This document shows, piece by piece, positions 13,302 through 26,687 of a stretch of 64,000 nucleotides of DNA (positions within the stretch are counted from its first letter, which is position 1; each line of letters starts with the position of its first letter). The position numbers were made by a program, and so were the translations under genes. The notes under the pieces were generated by a model. The model ran no database searches, was not told where the DNA came from, and worked only from the letters and a program-made list of their open reading frames with translations. This DNA comes from Eledone cirrhosa. Its lineage: Eukaryota. The stretch is from positions 51,150,001-51,214,000 of the forward strand of contig OZ024740.1 in NCBI GenBank assembly GCA_964016885.1, in the 5' to 3' direction.

Positions 13302-13580
13302 CAGTCATGGGCAACCTGCGGCTTTCTGTATGGCTCACCTAAGTCACCTAAGTGAAATCTTTCTGATTTTTTTACCGCAACTTCTCAGTCGTAATTTATC
13401 TTTCTATCATTTTTACGATCGAGGAAAACGTGCACGAATTCTGAAGAAACAAATCAAAACAACCTGAGTTCCCACCCCTTTTTTTAATGTGGGCACGAAT
13501 GTAAATTAGCGCTTGCTGCCTGCCTGATGATGAGCCATATCTCATGCAGCCCACTTCTCAAAAAAGGTTGCCCATGCCTG
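13302..13580. mobile_element. hAT-type MITE
   Basis: TIRs CAGTCATGGGCAACCT / AGGTTGCCCATGCCTG. 8-bp TSD gcctagag / gactagag. Confidence 0.85.
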
Positions 13581-14102
13581 GACTAGAGTTTAATAACATG
13601 GTAATAGCAACAACGTTTCAGAAAGAATGCGAAGGACTTCAAATAATTTATAGCTTCAAATGGACTGTAGGCAATTAATAAGGAAATATAAAAAAATCTT
13701 TAATAAAAAAAAAGTCAAAATTGGAACATAGTCATTCTCCCTCTTTCATATCCACTGGCCACACTGTCATTATAATATTGGATAGCAATATAATATTGGA
13801 TAGCAAGGAGATATAGCTCAGCTGCAGACAAAATGTAGTAGGCACTGTTGTGGGAAACAACCAGCAACAGGCACTGTGTCAGCTTTTCCATGAGCTCCTT
13901 CAAGCAGGATGCACTCATACTTTGTGGAGGAAAACTTCAGTTCAGAGATCAAGGATACCAGAGGTATCAATGGCAACCAGCATAAAAAGGAACCAGTTGT
14001 TCAAGTCATGTATGTTACTGTTTACCAATTGTGATGTAAAATGTACAATAACATTGCAAATCCAATGGAGCATACATGCCTCATTTCTCTCTAGCCTCCG
14101 TA

Positions 14103-14432
14103 AGGGGTAAAGACCCACTTCAGTCACAAAGTGTACCTAGAAAGTTTCCCTCCGAGGCACAAGTCTGGGGAAGGTTGTTTGAGGAAAGCCAGCAGTCGCC
14201 CATGCATACCAGCCTTCCCTCTCCACACAACCGGTGATGTCCAAGGGAAAGGCAATGGCCAATACAGCTTGACATCAGTGACGTCGCAACTCATTTCTAC
14301 AGCTGAGTAAACTGGAACAACGTGAAAGAAAGTGTCTTGCTCAAGGACATAACGCATCACCTGGTTTGAGAATCAAACTCACAACCTTCCAATTGCAAGC
14401 CCAATGCTCGAACCACTAAGCCATGTGCCTTC
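14103..14432 (-). mobile_element. SINE with family-A head and a different 3' body, inserted into an RTE remnant
   Basis: 12-bp TSD CTAGCCTCCGTA at 14091-14102 and 14433-14444. The RTE motif LRRLERNEA is split by the insertion. Confidence 0.85.
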
Positions 14433-14886
14433 CTAGCCTCCGTATATCCACTGTATTTACCACTCAAGTCTCACAATGATGCAACATCAAACTCCTCACA
14501 AAGGCATCATTCAAACTACTCTTTGTATTCACAGAGTCATCAAGCAGGAGACTTGTCTGACAACCATGGTAGTACACAGGACAAACTCCAAAGCAACAAG
14601 ACTCAAATTTGGCCTTGATAAAGAATATATTAATATGAATACAGCATTAAATACTCATTCTCACAACCATCAATACGAAGTGTGCATGTGTATTTATACA
14701 TATATATATATATATATATATGGGATAACAAGTTATCGTTTTAGGTAATCCAGTTAGAGGTTATGAGTACTCTGTATTGTGGATAGTTTTAACGTATGGC
14801 GTTGTTTGACTCAACAAGAGGTTTTCATAGTTAGGTCACTCGACCTTAAATACAGTGTATGTCTCTGATCAAATCATCGGAATACT

Positions 14887-14997
14887 GTATTTCGATGATG
14901 TGATCAGAGACACACACTGTATTTAAGGTCGAGTGACATAACTTTGAGTGATTAGTGGCCTTTAGACTCACCTGATCAATGAAACAATTGTTAATAC
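14887..14997 (+). ncRNA. Type I hammerhead-like motif with (T/C)CGATGA core
   Basis: GTATT TCGATGA tg TGATCAG...CTGATCA at GAAAC-aatt-GTT AATAC. The adjacent inverted copy preserves CCGATGA. Confidence 0.65.
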
Positions 14998-15052
14998 TAG
15001 AAATAATACCCTTCTTGTACAGCCGACCATGTTATTCTTCACTCTTTCACTA

Positions 15053-15053
15053 C

Positions 15054-15137
<84 letters not shown>

Positions 15138-15208
15138 TGCAGAAATATATACATCCACACACTGACACATGCTCCCCCAGACACCTATGTGTGTGTATTA
15201 TATAAATG

Positions 15209-15251
<43 letters not shown>

Positions 15252-15281
15252 TTATATATATATATACATATAAGCACATAC

Positions 15282-15352
<71 letters not shown>

Positions 15353-15364
15353 CATTTATATATA
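15053..15364. repeat. Compound (TA)n microsatellite, one of many in the window
   Basis: Long TA runs, which give rise to the spurious YIYI ORFs. Confidence 0.95.
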
Positions 15365-16631
15365 CAGGGTGTGGACGATATTTGTTCGCAATTTTCAACT
15401 GCTAATTTTATGCATATTTTTTTTACTTCCGTTGTCACTCTTGTCTTCATAAAAATAGTGACTATATTTCCATTATTTATTTTCAGAATAATTGATTATG
15501 AATAATTTTGAACCTCCAAATTTGTGGAAGAGACACGGAGTTCTTCTTGGAATCCGCGCTGGGAGGACAAATAAGGAAATTTCAGACTTTCTCAGTGTCA
15601 GCAGGAGAATGGTGGAAAAGGTCAGAAAGGAATTGGAAGATTCAGGATTCGACTACAAAGCAACATCAAAGAGGAAAACACATGATCGACGATCTGACGC
15701 CTTCAGAACGCCCAAGTTCGTCGCTGAAGTTCAGGATATCATCAACAATGAACCTAGCAAGTCGATGCTTGCCATTGCAATGGAGAAAGGCTGGTGGTAC
15801 ATGAAGACATTCGCTACGTTTCATACAAGATGAGGAAAGGACAATTTCTGTCAAAGGCGATGCAAGAAAAGCGACTGAAGCACGCAAAGAAGCTGATCAA
15901 CAAGTTGAAACACCCACTGGAGCCAGACATGCTGTGGTTTTTCTCCAATGAGAAAAACTTCTGCCAAGACCAGAAGATCAACTCCCAGAACAACAGGTGG
16001 CTCACTGTCTCATCCTAAGATGCCCAGAGTCATGCAGACAAAGTTTCCAGCGACAACATTGGTCTTAGGTGTCGTCAGCAGTCAAGGTAACGTCATGCCA
16101 CCTCACTTCTTCCCTGAGGGCCTCAAGCTGAACACCGATGGCTACATCCACGTTCTGAGCGAGTTAGTAAAGCCCTGGATCGACCAGGTAGCTGCAGGTA
16201 GGCCGTACATGTGGCAGCAAGACTCAGCGCCCTGCCATACCAGCCAAAAGACTCAAGCCTGGTTGTCAGAGAACTTCGTCGACCACACTTCACCTGACAT
16301 CTGGCCTCCCAGCTCACCTGACTGCAACCCCCTCGACTTCTTTGTGTGATCTAGCTGCAATGCGAAAGACGATCTGAAGGCCAGGATCACAAGTGCCTTT
16401 AGGGGCCTAAGTCAGGGGTCAGTGATGAAGGCTTGTAGCCGGTTCCAAGGTTGCCTTGAGGCCATCATCAAAGCCAATGTCGGGTTTATCAACTGAGATC
16501 AAAAGAACAAGTCATGAAGACAAACTGACCCAAGTTTGATATCTTAAAAAATAAGATATCTTAAAAAATAAAACTACTGTGTTATTTTCTCCTAGACAGT
16601 AATCTTGCGAACAAATATCGTCCACACTCTG
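15365..16631 (+). mobile_element. Tc1/mariner DNA transposon, DD37D (maT) type, transposase pseudogenised
   Basis: 27-bp TIRs CAG(G/A)GTGTGGACGATATTTGTTCGCAA in TA context. Transposase is split over ORFs 15492-15833, 15794-16018 and 15948-16349. Motifs FFSNEK (D>N) and QQD...37 aa...SPDCNPLD. Confidence 0.92.
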
Positions 16632-16632
16632 T

Positions 16633-16681
<49 letters not shown>

Positions 16682-17545
16682 TACACTCAAACTGACACAT
16701 ACTTATCCACACACAGCCATGTGTGTGTTCAGTTTCCCCAGCTGAATTGTAGATAAGGAATGAAATAGTGAAAATTGTGCTGAAGATAGGATTAGAAATT
16801 TAACCAGCTGGAGCTGTTTACATAACAGCCAAACACCACATACCACCTTGCTTATCACTACTAACTAAACATAGAATTTACAAAAAACACACACCTACAC
16901 ACTCACACATCTGAGTGCTCGTTTATGCAATTACATATGGATTTATATATGCATGGGTAAACATTGTGAGTGTGTTTATGTGCATGTATGTGTGTCTATT
17001 ACTTAGTTTAAGTGTACAAGTATTTTTATTATTTTATGTGATTTGGTGTTTGTGTGTGTGTGTGTTTGTGTGTTTATGTACACTGGTTGTATTTATGAAA
17101 ATGCCGATTAGTTTTATGACAATGTAATGATGATAATAGTGACGGTGTTGGTAACAAATATATGGTTCCTGATAAATACGGTGAACATATGTCTACACCA
17201 TTACTACAACCATCACCATTCCCGTCATAATCTCAATCATCATAAGTTAACATCATCATCATCCCCATCTGTAATACCATTCTCATCTCTAACAGTGTGC
17301 AAAAGCAAGTTTGCATAGCATGAATGGTATATATAGTATCTATGTTAACGTTTTTATATCTGACTTCAAATTCATCAGATACATACTGAACCTTTAATTA
17401 GTTCAGGAACTACACAGAAGTACTTAAGTTACAGTCAATATACTAATCAAATGAAAGAAGTATAAAAAGTCAATTAGAAATAATTATGTAGCAGGGGTGG
17501 GGAACAACATTAGTCATTGATTAATATTATTCCAAACAAGGGAGA

Positions 17546-17591
17546 CACCTCTAAATATGTTTCAGTCTTATTATGACTTCATCAGAAAGTG
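17546..17591 (-). ncRNA. Minimal type I hammerhead-like motif, degenerate
   Basis: CACTTT CTGATGA AGTC-ataataa-GACT GAAAC-atat-tTA GAGGTG. Confidence 0.6.
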
Positions 17592-18196
17592 AAGTATAAA
17601 CTTCAAGGTACATGTTGAAGTGATAGAAGAATGTATACTATTTAGCATAGTAAAATGGAACTGCTGACTAAATTATTCAGGGATGCCATCTGTATGAAAA
17701 ACAATAGTTAAGTCAGCAGCGACATATTTAATGTGAGAAGCATACCAAAAATTTACTATACAAAATCATTCTAGTACTTTTTTACATTCTGCCATTTTTA
17801 TTCATTATTGGATGAAACCTCAACATGTATTGTCAGATTATTTATGTTGGTTAGTTAATTGTTAGTTGAGTAGGATGTATGTCAGTTGGGGACGACTATT
17901 TGAGTAATTAACTCCGACCATTAGCATCTAGATGGAATTTGAACTCAAAAGGCAAAGACTTAGAAGCAATACAGCAAAGAATCTCAGCTGATGCTCTAAC
18001 AACTTAACTGTCTTAGTCTAGTACTTTATCAACTCTAAAGGGATGGAAGTAAAAGTTAAACAAAGAGCTAGAACAACTACCATAAGGCATTCTAGCTACT
18101 ACTGTAATAACACTGCTAATTCACCACCACCATCACCATTTAATGCTGATATATATATATATAAACCCATATTAGCATGGAAGATAGACGTTAAAC

Positions 18197-18232
<36 letters not shown>

Positions 18233-18849
18233 ATAGTCCCTTTCAGCCTCCCCAGTTTTAATGTCCCATGTTGAATTCATGCTTACTTGTTCCCTCACTC
18301 CTCACCCCTGATACATCTTTCCAGCCCAACCCATGCATACAAGCATGAAAGCTGGACACGCTCTACACCTGATCTCCCACAATACTGTTGCCTCAACAAA
18401 AAAGCACTAAGTCCACCCTGTATGGTGATCAGTTGCCACAACAACAAAAGCATCCAGTCCACCTTGTAAGGTGGTTGTGCTGATGACATAAGAAAAGATC
18501 CCCCCAAGACACCCTGTAAGGTGGTCCTTTACCATATCAAGATAGATATATTTCTTTATCAAGATAGATAGATAGATAGATGGATTGATGGATAGATAGA
18601 TAGATGGATGGATTAATGGATGGATGGTATGCAAATAAATGAGAAAAATAAATCAACACATTGTAGTAGTTAACTATATGTATAAACATATATGTCTGCA
18701 TAACCTATGGACCATCCAGGATATGACAGCTGGAAGAAAAGAAGGCTGCACCAGCACTGGGCTGGTATTTTCTTTCTCAACCATAAAAAGATGAAAGGCA
18801 AAGCGCACTTCAGAACGCAAAGACCCAGAACAAATATCCAATACCCTAA

Positions 18850-19433
18850 TCATCATCATCATCATCATCATCATTTTACGTCTGCTTTTCCCTGCTTGCA
18901 AGGGTGGGACGGGTCTTATTCAGCACAGTATCTCTCCACTCGTCACGGCCCTTCGTCATCTCCACCGTGAGCTTCAATGATCTGAGGTCTGTTCTCACCA
19001 CCTCCGCCCATGTTTTTCGTGGTCTACCTCTACCACCTCTTCCTTCAACTGGCATTTCCTGGCACTTCTTCACCCATCGGTCATCCTCCATGCGCATCAC
19101 ATGTCCATACCACCTCAGTCTCCTCTCCCGTACACTACATTCTATCCCTCTCAGACACAGTTTCCCTCTCAACACATTTATGCTGGGTCGTTCACGCACA
19201 TTTACACTGCACATCCAACGGAGCATGCTTGCCTCATTTCTCTCCAGCCGTCGCATATCCTCTGCAGTTGCTGCCCATGTTTCACTACCATGCAGCATCG
19301 CGCTCCTCACACAGGCATCATACAACCGGCCTTTCGTACGCAGGGAGAAACCCTTCTTCGTCAACAGAGGAGGCAGCTCCCTAAACTTCTTCCAACCCGT
19401 CCTTATTCTAGATACTATGGCCTAGGAACACCC
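18850..19433 (-). mobile_element. 5'-truncated RTE LINE with intact 3' end and (TGA)n tail
   Basis: KGRLYDACVRSAMLHGSETW...RRLRWYGHVMRM...GRGRPRKTW, open to the stop codon and followed by a microsatellite tail. Confidence 0.9.
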
Positions 19434-19534
19434 TAACTAGCCACTCATACTGATGTTAAAGTATTGTTCTGAAAATAAATAATATCAAAATCTCATAGAT
19501 TCAATATTGTGTGAGATAATTATATAAGATAAAA

Positions 19535-19863
19535 CAGGGGTCCCCAACTCCTGGCCCGTGAAGGGTTTCAATCTGGCCCGCGAAGGCCTTTATCCTGCCA
19601 ACGAGGGTTCTAAAAAGGGTACAGTTTGCAATAAATTTGCACCCGATTTATCGATATTACCGAATAAAACAATGTTGTTTAAATGTATTTTTCTGCTTGG
19701 GACAGCTCTAAGTATCAATATTGAATTTTGTTTCAAATCTAACATAAGGGATAAATAAATGATTACTTATTTGTGTATAAGTAGTATTAATTGTGCATCC
19801 GGCCCGCGGAGCCACCACTGCATGGCTATCCGTCCCACGGACCCAAAAGGTTGGGGACCCCTG
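19535..19863. mobile_element. hAT-type MITE nested in a piggyBac-like MITE
   Basis: TIRs CAGGGGTCCCCAAC / GTTGGGGACCCCTG. 8-bp TSD agataaaa / agataaag. The flanks continue an element homologous to 607-828. Confidence 0.85.
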
Positions 19864-20079
19864 AGATAAAGCCTTTACTGTGAAAATACAATAGTATATA
19901 TAGAGTAATGTAAATGCTAAAGGGTTAAAGCTGTCTCTTCGTCCCAATATTTTGTAAAGACAGCTGATACAGGATTAGATAACATATAATGTGTTTGCAA
20001 AAGATAAACGAACACTAACAGACACTTTCTCTGTGAGTATGGAAACTCATAAGCATTTCTATCTATATATCTATATATA

Positions 20080-20202
20080 CAGGGTGTACCAAAAAAAAAT
20101 GTATACACACTTCAACAGCATTCTAATAAATATTGCCTGTACAGGTAATCAAAGTGTGTATACACTTTGAGGAGATACCCAGTATGTGTATGTGTGTGTG
20201 TG
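20080..20202. mobile_element. Small Tc1/mariner-type MITE
   Basis: TA-CAGGGTGT...GATACCCAG-TA termini with an internal inverted gtgtatacac. Confidence 0.5.
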
Positions 20203-20889
20203 TGTGCGTATAGTTCTGTACACATGTTTATGTGACAATTTGTATGTCTACAAGTGCATGTGAATGTGTTTAAATGTGTATACAAGTATTTTATGGGTAA
20301 ACATATATGCACTTATGTTTGTATACCTTTATAAGTGTGTGAGAAAAATGTAACAAAAAAACAAAGAAAATGTTGACATCCATATCTCTCTACACACAAC
20401 ACACATATAGATACAAACTAGCTGACGTACCAGTAAACACATGAATTGCTTTTATTATCAGTATTCATTTCGAGCAATTGTCAAAAAATGACACAATATA
20501 AAAGATGTCCGTCAATGTAAAAAAAAGGTCCCTCTTTACTTCACAACTCTGTGTATGTTAGACTAACAGACAGGCACACAGACAGATAAACTGTGTGGCG
20601 ATTGTGGAACGCCGCATACACACACATACACGCAAACTTATACATGCACCCGTGCACTTATACACACGCACACACTCACACATGTTGATAGTTTTTACTT
20701 TCTGTGGAACGCTGCACGCACGCACACACACAAACATTTGCGCATGTACATACACACGCACACATGTTAATAGTTATTGCTTTCCTTCCCCTCTTATTTC
20801 CACACACATCACACACACACGTCTCTACGCTGATACATATACATAGTGTATCCAACACGCATTTGCTTTGCCTCTCTGTTTCTTACTCT

Positions 20890-21185
20890 CCACCACCTTT
20901 GCTGCCCCTCTAACCCTTATCATCATTTGCATCACCACCACCACCACCACCACCAATCATCGACATCATCATCATGGGTAATCACTGATAACGATAATGA
21001 TGTCGATGATAATGGTGGTGGTGGTGATGCAAATGATGATGAGGATAATATTGACGATGATGGTGGTGGTGGTGGTGGTAGAAGTGGTTGTGATTACCCA
21101 TGATGATGATGTCGATGATTGGTGGTGGTGGTGGTGGTGGTGATGCAAATGATGATAAGGGTTAGAGGGGCAGCAAAGGTGGTGG
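20890..21185. repeat. Inverted repeat with 96-bp arms
   Basis: 20890-20985 is the reverse complement of 21090-21185. Confidence 0.9.
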
Positions 21186-22407
21186 TGGCTGTCATGGTGG
21201 TAGCACTGACGGGGAGGGGGGGAGCAACAGCAGTGATGATGGTGGTGAGAGGGGTGGAAGCAATGGTGGTGGGGAACGGTGGTAGTAGTGATGACAGCAG
21301 TAATGATGGTGACAGTGGTAGGGATGATGATGGTGGTGATGGTGATTCCCTTCATTCCTAATTGTTGAAGTGATAGACTATCAAATTGCTGAATAAAGGT
21401 TTGCTAGTTCAATTCTTGTCAATTGTACTATGACTTTGACCTATTATTGGCCCAGTTCACTTATCTGTAAAAAGGAACCATGGAGGAAGGAAACCTCTAT
21501 ATGGTTCCTTGGTATGCTAGAAATAACAGTCAAATCTCCTTCAAATTACACCTTACTGTATTAAAAACAAAAAAATACATTGAATAATGCAATCCTAGAT
21601 ACATATCTGTGGAAAAAATATGCAATAGTAATGGCTGGAATGTTTGATTATAGGTTTGCTCAATCAATTCTGATCTGGGACTAAATAACAAAACCAATAA
21701 GGAAGAACCATGCTGTTGATAGAGCTCATTACAGGTGGCTAAATTAAGTGTAATATCATATCTAAGGTAACTGAATATACATAAATCTAGAATGTGATTC
21801 ATATAGCTAGATAAAAAGATAGATTAATTACTCTTGAATACTTGAAAGAAAAGTCATACGATAGCTGAAGGTGATAGATAATTGTAATTTAATACATTAA
21901 GTATATTAATGAAAAGTAATCCTTTACTTTGGGAGTATGAATAGAAACTGATTCTATACCTTGATTACTTTAATAAATGTTAGAGGAAGAATTGGCAGAG
22001 TTATTAGAATGTCTGACAAAATGCTTTGTGGTATATTCATTCCAGCTTTCTGCATCATAAGTTCAAATCTCACTGAAGTCAACTTTGCTTTTCATTCTTT
22101 CAAGATCGATTAAAAAAAGATACCAGTCCAATGCTAGGTTTGATTCTTCTTCTATATCTCTCACTCTATGTAAGAAATTGGTTGTGTTAAGACCTGGAGG
22201 AAATGGGTTCTGCCAGGTTTAAAATGCCCAAAAGCCCCCCTACAACTCCCTCATAAGTTACAGATTTATATACACATAAGGTTGTTGCTAAAGCTCAATT
22301 TGTTGAATCAATGAAATGTTCAATGCTTCAGTGATAGAGTAAATGTAATATTAGACTCACTTCATAGATTAAACCTTTCATTACCATATTAATAATAGAA
22401 TATACTG

Positions 22408-23282
22408 TCATCATCATCATCATCATCATCGTTTTACATCCATTCTTCCACGCTAGCATGGGTTAGGTGAGTTGTCCTGTTGTGGACAATGCCAGGTCAG
22501 ATGACCATGTCTTGCTCATACAGAACTGATTTTGGCCTGATTTCTACAGCTGGATGCTCATCCTAACACCAACCTCATTTACAGTGAGTACTGGGTGCCT
22601 TTTTACCATGGCGCCTATACAACCACTTTACAGTGTGGACTGAGTGCTTTTTTGTCATGACACCAACACCATATAGACACCATTGTCTATATGCTTCAGC
22701 TTCAGCTTGCACTCGTGGGAAGTCGGGTCTTCTGTATTACTGCGTAACACCAGAGGTCTCGGTCGTGTGTCATCGCCTTTGAGAGGTGCAATTGGGCAAG
22801 GTCAGCTTTTATCACTTCATTCCAGGTCTTCTTCAGTCTCCTCACTCTAAGGCTTCTATCGACTTTTAGTGCTCTGCACTTATTATGCAGCTGTCATCCT
22901 TCATATGCATCACATGTCCATACCAACGCAATCTCCTCTCCTGCACACAGCATTTGATTCCTCTTATGCTTAGTCTCTCTCCCAATTCATTTATGCTTTG
23001 CCATTCGCATATATTGCTATTACACATCCATTGGAGATGCAAGCTTCATTTCTTTCTAATCTATGCAAGTCTTCTGCACACAACGCCCAGGTCTCACTAC
23101 CATGCAACATTGTTGTTTGTATGCATGCCTCATACAGTCTGCCTTTCATTTTAAGGGAAATGCCTTTTGCAGCTAGCAGTGGTAGTAGCTCCCTGAACTT
23201 CTTCTATCCCGTTCTTACCCTGGTTACTGTACTTTCAGAACACCCACCTCCGCTGCTAATTCAGTCATCTAGGTAACAGAAG
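22408..23282 (-). mobile_element. RTE LINE 3' fragment (about 22700-23282) joined to a SINE-like 3' module (22408-22670)
   Basis: Minus strand encodes GGCSESTVTRVRTG..FRELLPLL...RLRWYGHVM. Downstream segment has the shared GGTTGGTGTTAGGA..GCATCCAGCTGTAGAAA module and a (TGA)n tail. Confidence 0.8.
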
Positions 23283-25058
23283 CTGAATTAGCAGTGAAGG
23301 TTTTGAATTAATTCATGAAGAACTTGGAGAAATTCACTAAAATAATAATTTTGTTATTAAGATGATATTAGTCGTGTAATTTATCAAATTATGTTGCAAA
23401 ATTTAAATAGGAATCCTTTAAAATGGGTTCTTTTGTTTCATAGAACCAGAGGCAATTTTGGGTGGGTTGGTGTCAAAAGGATTAAATATAATTTCTAAAA
23501 GTGTGGTTGAATAAGTGTTGATCTTAAAGGCTTTTAGGAGTGAAAAAAATGTCTATGGTTTAGAAATTTAAACAATTTCTAAGCTTCAACTGTTTGAGTA
23601 AAACTAATTTTGTAACAGTAAAGTTATTTTTTGAAAGCGCAGTAATTTTTTTAACATCAGATGGTTGGTTAATGGTCAAATAATGATAAATTTAAGAGAC
23701 TTATGATTCAACAAAAGCTATATTTGAATGTTAAATTGTGGATTATAATTAGCTTCTAAGGCTGCTTTGAATGAGAAATGATAATTCCTGAGGTTCAAGT
23801 GGTTGATTATAAAAGTTATATAACTATTGCTCAGGTATCTAAACAAAAACTTTCATATGCTTAGGACAACAAGGGAAAAGGAACACCATTTTATTCCCCT
23901 ACCACAAAAAAAAATTTTTTACAGACTTTATATCTGGGGGTGGGAAGCACCATAGTCTTTAAAGTTCTTAGGGTCGCAAAAGCAACTCAATCTGGCCCTG
24001 TATTTGAAAAGCGTAATTTCTAAGATTTGAAATCTTAAGTAAAGGCTATATATAAATTTTAAATGGTTAATTGGAGAAAATTTCTAAAGTTCAAATGGTT
24101 GAGCAAAGACAATTTCAAAAGTTCATTTATAATAATGATAATAATGAAATTATTGTGTACAGTGTTCAGGTGCAAGTGGCATAAGACTAATTTCAAGATT
24201 TTAGGTGGCTGAGTTAAAGCCAATATTTAACTCTTAACATCCTGTAACGGTTTAGGAGAAAATATCTAAATGTGGGTTTTTTAATTTAAATGTTTATAGT
24301 ACCTTTACTAGAAGATATATTGTTGTGAAAATTTGCAGTATTACAGTAAAGGTTTTGATTTTTAACGTGATAGAGTGGTGTTTTGTATTTTTCAAAAATG
24401 TGATTTTAATGTGGTATCATAGCATTGTTTTGAACATTTCAAGAATGTCTTGCTCATGTGGCTTCATGCAATATAGGATATTAAAAGTTAAATCTTCCAG
24501 CGATTTCAGTGCACTTAATCTCTAAAGATTGAGTACATGAGTAAAGGTACAATATATGACTCAATTTATTGAGTAAAACATTGAATAAAGATGATGTCTA
24601 AAGCTCAGTTTGTTAACCTAAAAAGCCACTTTTAAAACTCAGGTAGTTGAATAAAAGTCATATAAGTAAACCTAAGAAATTAGAGAGAAGGTTAGAAGGA
24701 AAGAGAATTTTTTATTTAATTTGTTTCAGACATTTATTCATTTATCTAAATATATTATGTTCAGATAAATTTGTGACATGATAAACTGAAGCCAGTGATA
24801 TGGAAAAACACAATTTGTTTGGCACCTGAGCTGTTTACTACAATGAAGTTTCATGCAACACACAAACACACACATATACATACACAAGCACCCACACAGA
24901 AATAGCTGTGACATACACAGAGACGTAGAGTAAAGGTTAAATCAAGATACAGTCTTGTCATTCTGGAACAAAGCTCACCAACTTTGGTAATGTTAATATG
25001 ATACATAGAAATATTTTTTCAGTCTACACATATATACACACACACACACACACATATA

Positions 25059-25117
<59 letters not shown>

Positions 25118-25801
25118 TCATCATCATCGTTTAACGTCCATATATATCGTCTAATATATATATATATATATATATATTAGAGCAAAAATCAGGAGCACTA
25201 TCTCAAAATTATTTTTGAAAAGCATAAGAAATGTGCAACTGGTAAAAACTTAAAACTAAAACTGAATACTAACTAATACTTATTAATATTTTTTCCTAAT
25301 TAATAATTATTCCTAATTAAACTATTTTTCACTGGGAAAAATTTGTCAGCATTTTGTTTTTCTTTTTACTAATATATCACAACTCGTGTTACACCTCTAT
25401 TTTGTATATATATATACATATCATCATCATCATCATCATCAACGTTTAACGTCCGCGTTCCACGCTTGCATGGGTTTGGACGGGGGTAGTCCCACTTGAG
25501 GCAAGAGTGATTGTCTTGCTCGCATAGGACTGTCTGGCAGGTTTTCTACAGTTGGATGCCCTTCCTAACACCAACCACATTTACAGTGTGGGTCTGGGAG
25601 GTTTTTACCGTGTTGCCTCATTACAGCGTGGACTGTGTGTTTTTTTGTCATGACACCTACACGATCTCATTTGTTTCGGCCTGGATGGTGTGGCACCAAC
25701 ATAACTTTACATAGAACGGGGTGGTGTGGATGGGGTGGGGGGGGGGGGGGGTTATTTTGTTAGAGATGCCTACTGACTGTAGTAGGTTTTACTATGTATT
25801 T

Positions 25802-26117
25802 AGGTAAGGCGGGTCTTCTCTGTTACTGAGTACCGCCAAAGGTCTCGGTCCAGTGACATTGTCTTGGAGAGGTGTAAGTGTGTGAGGTCGGAGTTTATCA
25901 GCTCGTCCCAGGTTTTTCTAGGTCTGCCTATTCCGTGGCTACCGTCTATCTTTATTGCCCTGCACTTTGTTATACAGCTATCGACTTTCATGCGCATCAC
26001 GTGTCCATACCAATGTAGCCTTCTCTCGAGTAAACAACATCTGATCCCTCTTATTTCTAATTTTTTCCTTAGTTCGTTTATGCTTTGCCGTTCACGTATA
26101 TTACTGTTACACATCCA
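25802..26117 (-). mobile_element. RTE LINE C-terminal fragment
   Basis: WMCNSNIRERQ...WYGHVMRM...GRPRKTWD. 5' break at (TA)n. Confidence 0.85.
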
Positions 26118-26181
26118 GTATATATATATATAATCATCATCATCATTTAACATCCATTTTACATGCTAGCATGGGTAGGAC

Positions 26182-26224
<43 letters not shown>

Positions 26225-26339
26225 TTATATAGTAGAGAGTCGGGGCCTAAGAGCTGAGCGCTTACCATTTCAAAAACAAATTCTAAGTATTGTGCACTCT
26301 GCTGAATAATGGTATAACTAGTTTAAAACTGGTATAATC

Positions 26340-26384
<45 letters not shown>

Positions 26385-26687
26385 CTTTGTTGACAATGAC
26401 TTCAAAATTTTGCCAGTAGTCGCTTATTCAAACTGTTTGGAAGGGAAAGTTGGCAACAAATTACAACTTGAGTTGCTGCTGTTACTGCTATTAATCTATT
26501 TCATTATCACAGCTGCTTTTACCAATGCCTTGCCACCACCAACGCCACTTCTTTACTACACCTGTTACTAATCTCAACCCTATAACACTAAACACATCCC
26601 CTACTACCTTATCCTGAGTCTAACTAATACTACTAGTACTACAACAACTACTATTACTAATGATGATGATATTAATATTATGTCTTA

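Noticed and set aside
14968-15505. Long YIYI/HTHT/CVCV ORFs here and at 35759-36174 and 60310-60678
   Set aside because: These are translations of dinucleotide microsatellites.
20846-21361. His/Asp/Gly-rich ORFs
   Set aside because: Trinucleotide low-complexity DNA within an inverted repeat, with no splice or domain support.
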